DNA of 64,000 nt from Hamiltosporidium tvaerminnensis FI-OER-3-3 (taxonomy: Eukaryota; Fungi; Microsporidia), in contig CM061256.1 in NCBI GenBank assembly GCA_022605425.2, forward strand, positions 62,001-126,000, given 5' to 3'. The notes beneath the pieces were generated by a model. It worked only from the letters and a program-made list of their open reading frames with translations. It ran no database searches and was not told the origin of the DNA. This document shows, one piece after another, positions 53,912 through 64,000 of this stretch (its first letter is position 1; every line of letters starts with the position of its first letter). The position numbers and the translations under genes are program-made.

Positions 53912-54870
53912 ATCTTTGGGATATAAATAATATCACAGATAATTAAGTGACTCTACGTGAAAAAATGCTATAATATGAAAGCGACATTATGTAGTAATTT
54001 TCTTAATCATTTACTTCTCATTAAAAAATACAAATCCAAATTCACAAGAATAGTTACTCTGTTGAAAAAACGATAAAAATGATCTTTTGTAGTTAAACGA
54101 AGTCAAAATTCGGGAAAATAACATTTATAGTATTTCAGATAAAAAAACAGATTAAATAAGGATCATCATATTGAATAACTTGTAAAGATTTGCCTATGAT
54201 TTGCTAAGTCAAAAAGAAATTTTTTCGTGTTGGTATATATATTGTGTCTTAATTATACTTTGTATGCAACAATAATCTATTTTTAGAAAACATATAAACT
54301 TTTGTAACTAAATATTATGAGATATAACTTAAGAAGTACGAATTTCTATAAGAATAAAGCATATATATACGGTATAAAATCCTACAAAAACATCCGAATT
54401 TTTTTTTCTAATGAATGAACAATAAAAAAGACAGGACCTCATCTTGATAAGAACTGAAAAACACAAAAATCCACACATTCATTAAAAATATGCAGCAAAG
54501 ATAAACAGAAGCCAAGGCATTATAGATGCAAAAAATAAAACTTAAAATTTTAACTGCCAAAAAAGCAGAATAAAATTTCTAAAGGATTTATAATTTGAGC
54601 AAAATTCTAAAATAAATAACTTTGAAATTATGAATCGAACCAAAGGTGGTAACAATGAGAACATAAATAAATTGAATTTTCACAACTTACAATTTTTTTT
54701 TGTTATTTTTCTTTTGATATTTGTAACATTCATTCCTTTGGATTGTTGCAGACCATTTTATTTAAAATTATTTTTTTCTATAAAATAATTTCTACTTCTT
54801 TTTCCTAAAAAAGTTACATTTTTTTTCAAATCAAAACATTTAAAATTCTTTTTGTCATAAAACAAATTAA

Positions 54871-54881
54871 GTGACCCTTGA
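54871..54881 (+). promoter_or_regulatory. Microsporidian CCC-type motif upstream of the start codon
   Basis: GTGACCCTTGA-ATG following an AT-rich tract. Equivalent CCC/GGG motifs precede the ATGs at 1818, 11235, 36516, 45447, 57868 and 63233. Confidence 0.65.
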
Positions 54882-55571
54882 ATGTCTTCAATAACAGATT
54901 ATAACTATGTTTCTGTATTTACACCAGAAGGAAAAGTAAAGCCGCTCGATTACATAAAAAAGACAGTTGAGCTCGGTAATGTTTCAATCGCACTAAAAAA
55001 CAATGAATGTGGTGTAATGATAGGTTATAAAGGACAGTTAAATGATATTTCATATTACAACAAAAAAGTTTATAAAATAAATGATTCTTCACTTTTTACC
55101 TTTTCTGGAATTACAAATGATGGATTAGAAATTGTAGATTATTTAATCAAAAAAAGTGTTTCTGAAGAAGTTATAAGAGATAGAAATATAAGTCATTTGT
55201 CTGTTTTTGATGATTTGTGTGTAGAAGCTTCATTTAGAACGATGTATTCTGGTACAAGATTGTATGGGGTGAGTGGTTTACTTATGACACAATCAGATGG
55301 TATTAGACTTATTGAGTTTGAACCAACTGGACGTATAAGAGAAGCACATGCTATGAGTATAGGAAATAGGTCACAATCTGCACGTACCATACTAGAAAGT
55401 GAGGTGAATAGTCTCAATGAACTTGATTTGGAAGGACTTATACGTGTCGGGATAGCAGCACTTAAAAATGCACATCCTGAAAGTGGGGCATTGAATCAAG
55501 AAAACGTAGATATTTTTTGTCTCAAAGATGGAAAAACTTTCTCTGTTGAGGCTGAAAAATATTTGGAATAA
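54882..55571 (+). CDS. PRE5: 20S proteasome subunit alpha type-1 (alpha6), second copy
   Basis: 229 aa. Differs from the left copy only by E->D (TQSEG/TQSDG). Confidence 0.92.
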   Translation: MSSITDYNYVSVFTPEGKVKPLDYIKKTVELGNVSIALKNNECGVMIGYKGQLNDISYYNKKVYKINDSSLFTFSGITNDGLEIVDYLIKKSVSEEVIRDRNISHLSVFDDLCVEASFRTMYSGTRLYGVSGLLMTQSDGIRLIEFEPTGRIREAHAMSIGNRSQSARTILESEVNSLNELDLEGLIRVGIAALKNAHPESGALNQENVDIFCLKDGKTFSVEAEKYLE

Positions 55572-55819
55572 AAAAATGGGATTTAAATTTTTTACTTTTT
55601 TTTAGGAATCAAAAATAATTATTTCTTTACAATTCATAAAAATATTTTTCTTAAAATTCGTAAGTGATATTAATTAAACTAAGAATAGAAAAATAAATTT
55701 TGCTTTATATTTGTATATTTCACTCGTATAATTACTTTACCAATCTTATATTTTAAAAAGAAATCATTGTATTTATAAGAGGCTTATATTTTTAAAATTT
55801 TATAATCTAATTAATTTAA

Positions 55820-57175
55820 TTAATAAGATCCTGAGTTATCAAATTTTTCTTTAAATAATTCTTTCCACCATTCCAACCACTTCTATCTCTTCCTTCAATT
55901 CCAACTCTTCATTTGCATTAATTGATGGTTCCTAAGCTGTTGTTACACCATCCAAAATAAGGGGTAAAATATTTTTCCTTATTTTATGTTTTAACACTAA
56001 ATTCCTCGTTATCTACTTGCTTTAAAAAGGGTTTTGGTTGTTTATGCATCTCAGTTCCTAAAATAACACTCAATGACGCTCTCGCTTCCGCTCTCTCTGG
56101 CATTTCGTCCAGACTCAAGTCTTCTTCGTCGATCAAAAGAAATTGTTTCGACTTTCTTCTTGAGTACTCTGGATTGTATATATGCCTCTACATTCATAAA
56201 TATCTAGAGTCTTTTAACATACCTCATATAGTATTTTTTCACAATACCGTCCCAGCTCATCAATAAGGAATTATCTCTACACTGGTTTATAAATAAGACT
56301 TGGCTCATTGTCTAATAAGTCATACTTCCTAGGCTTCTCTGTTTCAACCATTTAAAGAGAGTCTTAGGAAGTTATTCCTACTTCAATACGTGTTATCCTA
56401 TTCTTCTTTTTGTCTAAAATATATGTGTCGGGTCATTTATTCCGAATTTTAACATCAGTTTTTATTCTGATGTCCACTCTTATCTCTGCAGATTCATTAT
56501 CAAGAATTTCTTGAACTAAGTGACACCTAATTCGTTTTGACGACAAAAACTTATATCTATTTTGGAGAAGTAAGGGTGGGCAGCTAACCACTTCATTATG
56601 TCGTCTAGTATAGTCATGACCAAGCATTTTTTTCACATCTCGTTGCTATGTGATCGACTGTTTTTCTAGACTTGCTGCAGTGTTAGCACATACCTTCTGC
56701 TCCCCAGAATACATTTCTATCCTGGATATAGCAGAACACTGCTTCATTTTATAGTCTAATATTCCCTTTCTTTAGCCATTTTGAAGAGTCACTAACACTT
56801 ACAAGCTCGTTTTTTCTTGCATTTCACAACTTTGATTAGAGTTTTCGTTTTTCTATTTCGTTATATAGTTTTGCAAGTTGAGCTTCTTCTAAATTCTTCT
56901 TAGTAACTTCTTCTATTAACCTGTACTCTACTTTTAAGAAGCCTTTTATTGGTGCAAGATGATTTTCATTATTATTCTCTATCTTGAGGATTGCTGCTCG
57001 TCTAGTTGATATTTCTTCACTTTTTCCAAATAATCCAAGAGTTGCAGAAGCATATGTTCGCTTTGCAACTCAACACTATGAAGACCTTTTCCAAGTTCTG
57101 TTCTAGAAAGGTACAAACGCTCTTTCATCCTGGGTGAAGATGTATCTTATTCCTTACCAAACCGCACTCACTGCA
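55820..57175 (-). mobile_element. 5'-truncated R4/Dong-type retrotransposon fragment
   Basis: ORF 56433-56636 (MLGHDYTRRHNEV), an ERLYL motif near 57110, and a 3' end ATAAGATCCTG matching 5237-5247. Not part of the inverted repeat. Confidence 0.88.
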
Positions 57176-57867
57176 TAATCGTTCCATTTTTTTTAATTCT
57201 TTATATTTAATAATCTTTTATTAGTTCTATTTAATATATTAAGAATTCTAAATTGTTCATAGCAAAATTGCATGAAGACCGGAATAAGCAAGATATAGTA
57301 GAATTATAAAAGAATTTTAAAAATTGCAATTTCTTATTGTTTACCTTTAAATATTCCATGATAGAGTAAATTTATCTTTCTTTAATTTTTTTTTTGTTTT
57401 TCTTCTTCTGAAATAAAAAATTAAAATTATAAACACTAAATTGGTTTTTTTGTAATCGCTTAATGAATGTTCTAAATCGTTAAATCATTATCTTGAATAT
57501 GCTTTTAAATCCGTCTTTTGAATATTTCTTCGGAATATTTATAATTTTTTCTTCTTAAAATCTTTTCAAAATCTATCTAATAAATTTCTTAAATCAGTCT
57601 CTTAAATTTCCTCAAATATTTCTCTTAATAATTTAAAATTTTTCTTACAATTGGTCTTTCAAATCGCTTAAAATCCTTTTCTTAAATTTATCTCAAATCT
57701 TTTTGTCAAATACTTCATAAAAATTATTTTTAAAAATTTCTAAATCAATAATTTTTGAAGCTCAAATATATTTTACATCATAAAATGGTTTGTGTTTAAT
57801 TAAAAATACATTACGTAATTATATTTACAATACATTTCTATTTCATACTTTGTATAAACCAACCCTT

Positions 57868-58485
57868 ATGATAGACAGGTTAAATATTGGAGAAACCGTC
57901 ACATATGAAAACGCGACAGATTTATCTGATAAAAAGAATTATTGTAATATACGAGTTATTCAAAAGAATTTGGTTTATGTAATAGGCATTCCACAAAAAT
58001 ATGCTGATGATAATCTTTTAAAAAGAAATGAATTTTTTGGTCAATTCGGATCAATAAAGAAACTTGTTGTAAACAAAAGAACTTCGAGTTTAGACACGAC
58101 AGCAAGTGCATACATAACATATTCAGAAGAAAGTGAAGCCAGTAAATGTATTACAGAAGTGGATGAAAGTTTATTGGACAACAGAATTATAAAATGTACG
58201 TACGGAACTACAAAGTATTGTTCGTTTTATTTAAAAAATGTTGTTTGTCAAAATTCTGAATGTATGTATTTGCATGAACCAGGAAGTGTCTGTGATTCAC
58301 TTACCAAAGATGAAATGTGTAATAGCAAACACAAATTGCACAGTTTTGAAAGTAAAAATAAAAATAAAGAAGTTATCGGTAAAAAGACAGATATTGATAT
58401 AAGTCTTCATAGTCTGTTTAAATATAAAGAGAAGAGAAATTACAGAATTCCAGAAAAAATCAACTTTGAACCGAACGATTTTTAA
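57868..58485 (+). CDS. NOT4: CCR4-NOT subunit Not4/Mot2-like (RRM + C3H1 finger, no RING)
   Basis: IRVIQKNLVYVIG, EFFGQFG, SAYITY and YGTTKYCSFYL..C.NSECMYLHEPG are Not4 hallmarks. Start at CCCTT-ATG (57868); stop within TAATAAA. Confidence 0.9.
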   Translation: MIDRLNIGETVTYENATDLSDKKNYCNIRVIQKNLVYVIGIPQKYADDNLLKRNEFFGQFGSIKKLVVNKRTSSLDTTASAYITYSEESEASKCITEVDESLLDNRIIKCTYGTTKYCSFYLKNVVCQNSECMYLHEPGSVCDSLTKDEMCNSKHKLHSFESKNKNKEVIGKKTDIDISLHSLFKYKEKRNYRIPEKINFEPNDF

Positions 58486-58675
58486 TAAATGTAGTTTTTT
58501 ATATATTTTTAGTTTCTATTGGTTTTTTAAATTATGTAGATATAATATTTAAAAAAGATTGGTGTTTAGAATTATAAAATCTTTTTGAAAAAAAAATCAA
58601 AAATATTTTTTTATATTTTCATAAAATTTTAGTCGGATATTTAAAATACAGATTTGTTATGGTAGCTTGTAAAAT

Positions 58676-58873
58676 CTAAATGAATGTGTTTAAATAAATG
58701 TTTCTTTTAATACAAAAATGAAGAATATAATTTTTAGTGAGAAAAAAATATGAATATAAGAAAGATAGAAATATTGAACCATATAAAAATTTGAAAAGGA
58801 ACAGAGTGTTGTTGTTGATTCGAATCGGTGTTTCCTTGCGTTTCTTATCATATCTATCATATTTGTTCATCAT
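58676..58873 (-). CDS. Possible small single-TM protein (weakly RAMP4/Ysy6-like)
   Basis: 65 aa with a basic N-terminus then a hydrophobic stretch. CCACC-ATG after an AT-rich tract. The similarity is an impression only. Confidence 0.25.
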   Translation of the reverse strand: MMNKYDRYDKKRKETPIRINNNTLFLFKFLYGSIFLSFLYSYFFLTKNYILHFCIKRNIYLNTFI

Positions 58874-61669
58874 GGTGGTAAAATATTTTAACTATTTTAA
58901 ATTATATATTATAGTATTACGCATTTATTTAGGCATTATCTTTCCCTATATTTTGACCAAACAATTTTTTTTAACGCATAGTTTTTCTTAGCATTTTTAT
59001 ACATTTATTAGCAATCATATTCTTTACTTTTATATCTTAGCAGCCAAATTCGATCCTTGTAAAATTATAATTACTTTTCTTTTGTTCTGCTTTATTATTA
59101 CGGTATTACGAATATTTTTCATTAATATGTAGCTGATTGTGTCGCTTTTTAACTATCATATCACGGGTTTCCCATGCATGTAATTCTAATTTCGACTAAA
59201 AAAAATTGCTTTTTTGACTTCTAATTTATCATATTCGGATATTTTAGTGTTGTATTCAAGTATAATCTTTGTGATCTGTTACAATATTATTTAATATGAA
59301 TAAAAGCGTCTATAAATGTTCCTAGGTAAGTGAAAATCTATAAAATTTTAAATCCATAAAAAAAGCATCAAAATAATTTCTTAGATTACTGTAGGATGAA
59401 TTATTTTATTATTTTGTTTCTCAAATTAATATTTGATTCGCCTAACTTTTGCTGATTCGACTGCTATAGTTAAAAAAATGATTATAGATTATTCTTATTT
59501 TACTAATGCCATCAATATTGTTTTTTGTTCTGTATTAATTGATTTCGGAAATAATCATTCTCTTATATATGTTTTGAATTTAAATTATATTTTATTGCAA
59601 GACAAATTAAAAGACACATGAGATACGGTGTCAAACTTGTTTTGGTTGCTTTTATTTCAGAGATTTTAAAAATTCTCGGATTACATATCTCAGATTTATA
59701 CTTTTTTGCTTCGACCAAGAATCATTTTAAGTCTATAAAATTTATGTATTCTAACAATTTTCTGATACTTTCTGATATTCACGATCGATATTAAAACAAG
59801 CAGAATTGATTTACGATTTAATAATGAATAAAAAAATTCGTTGGCAAAAGAAATTACTCTCTATTGTGCTTGCTAAAATTTGATTCGTTTTTTATTTTTC
59901 TTATAATCCCAAACCAATTTTATTTTGAAAATCTTTCATTTCGTGGCTATATTCGGTTATAAATGATATGATTAGTATATTTTAACTTAAATTGTCAAAA
60001 AAATTTCATTTTATTTTTAGAAATGTATTTTAGAGATCTTTATATGCAAAGATAATATCTAAAAAAAGTTTAATTTACATTAAACTGACTGAATTATATA
60101 ACTCAGACTGAAATTCTTGTTGCTCAAATAATTTCTTGAATTTCAAAGAATTATATCATTATTTTTTTTAATCTTTTGCATATAATTCCCTAAATTTGAA
60201 TGTAATTAATTTTTTTATTCACGATAGCCCAGGAACACTTCTTTCATTTTCATCATAAATAATTCTTTTCCTATAAAATTCTTTATGTATTAATTCTAAA
60301 ACCAATAATATTCGATTCTATAAAAAAAGATTCTCGAAGACAAAAGCTGACTGTATAAGAAGCTTCTAAATTCCCAAATAGATTGTAATTTTCTCTTATA
60401 AGATAATATTGCATACTCATAAAAAGTTCCTTTTGATTTAATTATAAAAATTCGGGTGTTATTCTGTCTTTTTCTGTGATTTTTTTTTATAATTTCTGAA
60501 TTATAAGTCATTCGGCGCTTTAACTAAAAACTCAGTATTATATTTTTCTAAAATATCTTTTATTTTGCTGTACTCTTTCTATCGATTTTTTATATATTTT
60601 GGTTCATACTCGAATATTCATATTTAAATTATAGATTCTCTAAATGCTTCTTAGACCTAATTTTAATCACGGCCCCTTCGATGCTCAGAAATTGCGATAA
60701 TTCTCCATTTTTCCTGTTACTTTCATCATGCAGCATAACATTTCAAATATCTTGTTTAAGCTTAAGATATCTCTTGCAGGGCTGTTGCAGACAACGTTTT
60801 ATCTTTACTATGAATTAAAAATAATTTACACCACAAATTCATAATATATGCATTTTTGAATGAATGTGTTCAGGGTTGATTTGTTAAAAACTAGCTTCAT
60901 ATGTTAACTTCCACTGGTTTGAATATTATATCTGAATAGAAAAATTTTATAATCAAACATTCATTACTTAGACTACTACAAATAAATAAACTTTTAATTA
61001 TTATTAAATTTTATGTCTAGTGGTGTTTAATATGAATAGTTCTTAATATTTCCGGTTTTTGTATCATGAATTCTAATATCGATTTTCACCTCGTTTTTAA
61101 AGCCACTGTGTATATTTCTTACGTAAGATATGTCATATTTTTCATATAAATTGATCGCTTATACATTTCAACGTGATTAAAAAAAAGAAATCTTTATTTT
61201 TAGTTAACCTAGTCCTTCTTTTACCAATTTACAAGAAAAAGTCCTTTCAGATCAAAGAATTTTTGGAAAAGTTCATACAATAATTTTTATTTGTTTTTGT
61301 ACCTTTCGAATTCGCAATATTTTCTGAATTGAAGCAAAACTAGTTTCATATCTTTTTTTGATGTATTTTGTAATTCTTTAGTTTAATTATAGACTTGTCA
61401 GTTCAGATGTGCGAACCGATCTGAACATCTTTACCTTTTAAAAATTTCGGTATAAGTAATTATTGGTTTATTTTTACAAATATTTAGTTTTTGAAGTTGG
61501 TTTCTGTTTTCTTGAGATTTTATTTGATGAGATAGGCTAGTTAATGTGGTGCTGAATTCTTTTTATCTATTTCTAATTTAGCTCCCTGGTTTTAATCGGG
61601 AACAGCATTTAATTAATTGCAAAAACGATATCTCTTAAATTACATAAAGATTGTTTTCTATACTTAATG

Positions 61670-62350
61670 AATATCATATCTTTCTAAAATAGTGATACGG
61701 GTTATATTGTCTTCATTACATTGGCGCAATTCTATGTTTAAATAAATGCCTCCTTCTTAATATTCCATCAGTATTTGCTAGGATATTTACATCCCAAATT
61801 TTTTATGGTTACTTTGTAGAATTAAATAAATGACTGTGTAGGTTGCCAGTATGGGTTAATGTTTGTTACTTAGTGTGTTATCGCAGCTTGACACTTGCCT
61901 TTTAGTTTTAAAGAATCAAAAGTATTATTACTTGATATATAATTTACAAACCTTTTAGATTTAAAATTAAGTTATGTTTTGGTGGCCTGCATAGGGTCAA
62001 CCTGGAGTCTGCAATACCATACTAACAGTATAATCAAATGTCTGATGTTTGTGCTCTTTAAAAGGTATGTTTTTTAGTACCTGACATCGATAGATCTTCC
62101 AAACAGAGTGAATACGACTAAATTCTTATGCCTTTATATGTAATTTACTTACAAGTTAAATCGTGGTTTATGATCTAGTTACTTGGAAAACTACAAACTA
62201 ACTTTGAAGAAAAAAATGTCACTGTTTTTAAGACCATCTTTTTTTTACAGATATACATGTAACAAAGGAAAATTTGGTGCGATTTTATACACATTTTCCA
62301 CTCAATTGCGTCAAGTAGATGTTTCAGTGATTGGTTCCTTTGCACTCTTA
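61670..62350 (-). mobile_element. Diverged near-full-length copy of the ~735-bp repeat
   Basis: GCGCAATTCTA, TCCATCAGTA, CATAGGGTCAACCTGGA~CATGGGGTCTACCTAGA and ATCTAGTTAC..GAAAACTACAAA are colinear with 53177-53911. Confidence 0.7.
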
Positions 62351-63232
62351 ATTCCACTTTTAGTAACAATATTAATTTAATTAAAATATAAACAAATTTT
62401 AATCAAGGAAAATGCAAAATAAAAATATAACTTTTCAATTACTTCCGCCACTAAAATTATTTATTTCAAACCAGCATTTTTACAAAAGATATTATTTTGT
62501 TTGAATTGAGTAAATTGTTCGATAAACTGTTAAAGTAAAAAAATAATTTAAAAACCGAATTTAAAATTTTCGAATCTTAATAAAGAAAATATGAAGTATA
62601 ATTTAGTTGATATAAACATAGAAAAAGTACCAAATTAATGCTTAAAACAAAAATAATTTAAAATGTTTTGTCTGATCATTTATACGCCAAAGAACTTTGT
62701 TGTTTTAAAATTTATTCTATTTTTAAAATACTAAAGTCTTGCAAAAATAATTTTTCTTTAAATGGTGAAAAAAGGATTTATTTCAATTTTTTGATTTACT
62801 ATGAAAATATATTTTTTATAGAACCTTTGTTTCGGATTTGGAAGAAGAGACAAAAGTGGTTAAAGAGGTAAAAGAAAACATATAAAAAATGGTAAAAATA
62901 TTTTAACCCAGAATTTTATTAAACAAAAATAGAACCTTTGTGAAAGAAATTTAATTGCTCGGTCATTAAATTTATTAAAAACAAGTTTTTGCTTGAAACT
63001 TTATGTATTTTTACCAACAATTTTTTTGGTTTCTATAATTTCCAAATAATAACTTTACAATATTTGGAAATAAATTAAATTTCAAAAGCTATTAATAGAA
63101 ATCAAACAGATATATATTAGTATAAATGAACATAATTAGATGTAATAATATTGAAATTTTTACGGTTATTCTTTGATTTAATTATTGTTATTTATATTTA
63201 TCAATACTTAGAATATTCCCCTTCTTGTATTG

Positions 63233-63898
63233 ATGGAAAAAATTAACGACATGGAATTTAATAATGATTTGGAGCGAGAAAATAAATTCAAAGAAATTGT
63301 GAGCAAACATATTAAAACATTAAATTTAGAAAAACCGAATTATGAAAACAAAGAGATGTTTTACACAAAAGAAGAAATGGACAGATTTAATAATATTGTC
63401 TTAAAAACGAATGAAGAAAAAAAGCAAAAGGAAATTGCCAGAAATGATAAAAATTATAAGAAAAATAAAGAAAACAAATCAAAAAAGAATAAGAAATATG
63501 TTCAGATCGATGATTATGTTGAAGGGAGTAGTAAAAATGAAATAAAAAAACAAAAAGACAAGGAATGCGATACTAAAGATTCTCTAAAAACAAAAGGAAA
63601 GAAAATTGAAGCAAAAGAATCTATGAATAGAAATGCTAAAGGTTCTAAAAAAAGAAAAAATGATGAAACAAATGAAACTCCAAAAAATATGAAAGCCAGA
63701 GTTGATGAGCCAAAAAAAAGAAAAACAGATAAAAATTTAAAAAAATCCGTAGAAAAAAATGAAAAATTAAAAAAAGAAAATTCCAAGGTAAATGAAAATT
63801 CATCTGAAAAGAAGGAAATAAAAGCGAAAAAAGAAAATACAAATAAAAAAATATCGATGAATAAAAAAGTAAAAAAAGAAAAATCCCTAAAAGAATAA
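63233..63898 (+). CDS. Lys/Glu-rich protein, probable divergent rRNA-processing factor Ebp2
   Basis: 221-aa ORF with CCCC upstream. NDLERENKF...EKPNYENKEMFYTKEEM resembles the Ebp2 DDxxRExxF...RPxDYFAEMxKSDxxM pattern. Long basic tail. Confidence 0.55.
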   Translation: MEKINDMEFNNDLERENKFKEIVSKHIKTLNLEKPNYENKEMFYTKEEMDRFNNIVLKTNEEKKQKEIARNDKNYKKNKENKSKKNKKYVQIDDYVEGSSKNEIKKQKDKECDTKDSLKTKGKKIEAKESMNRNAKGSKKRKNDETNETPKNMKARVDEPKKRKTDKNLKKSVEKNEKLKKENSKVNENSSEKKEIKAKKENTNKKISMNKKVKKEKSLKE

Positions 63899-64000
63899 TA
63901 AATCTAATTTTTAGTATTTTTAAATTAAATTTTTATATTTTATTCTGTTTTGATTGAATTTTTTATATTCATATTCCCCTAATTTACCTTAGATTTATTA

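Larger units (their letters stand above)
37868..55784. repeat. Right arm of the inverted segmental duplication
   Basis: Reverse complement of 916-18780 with scattered substitutions and indels. About 52 bp longer than the left arm. Confidence 0.95.

Noticed and set aside
1283-63842. Many 60-100 aa ORFs antisense to real genes or inside repeats (e.g. 1283-1507, 2852-3073, 5354-5644, 10493-10714, 17282-17593, 63514-63786)
   Set aside because: These are shadow ORFs, often with TTG/GTG/CTG starts and no CCC/GGG context. Their presence in both arms reflects the duplication, not conservation.
1-64000. CRISPR arrays, rRNA, tRNA or prokaryotic operons
   Set aside because: No repeat-spacer arrays, cloverleafs or rRNA motifs were seen, and the sequence is eukaryotic.

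Overview
This is AT-rich, gene-sparse eukaryotic DNA that reads as microsporidian: intronless, reduced genes with CCC/GGG motifs just before the ATG, AATAAA overlapping stop codons, a divergent proteasome alpha6 and a RING-less Not4. A TE-rich Hamiltosporidium-like lineage is my inference, not a verified assignment. The window is dominated by a ~55-kb inverted duplication, with arms at 916-18780 and 37868-55784 (~17.9 kb each) around a 19.1-kb spacer. Each arm carries PRE5, a 5'-truncated R4/Dong-type retrotransposon, a ~735-bp non-coding retroposon and a divergent pair of genes from an uncharacterised ~535-aa, probably secreted protein family. A fifth family member lies in the spacer. Arm identity is patchy, and amino-acid changes cluster in the family genes while PRE5 differs almost only at silent sites, which suggests gene conversion and diversification. 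The spacer is a TE graveyard: a full-length decayed RTE LINE with a twister-ribozyme remnant at its 5' end, two bipartite RTE-derived SINEs with a different structured 5' module, and Merlin, piggyBac-like, Tc1-like and R4 relics. Outside the right arm lie NOT4 and a probable EBP2. All comparisons were made by eye; no database searches were run.
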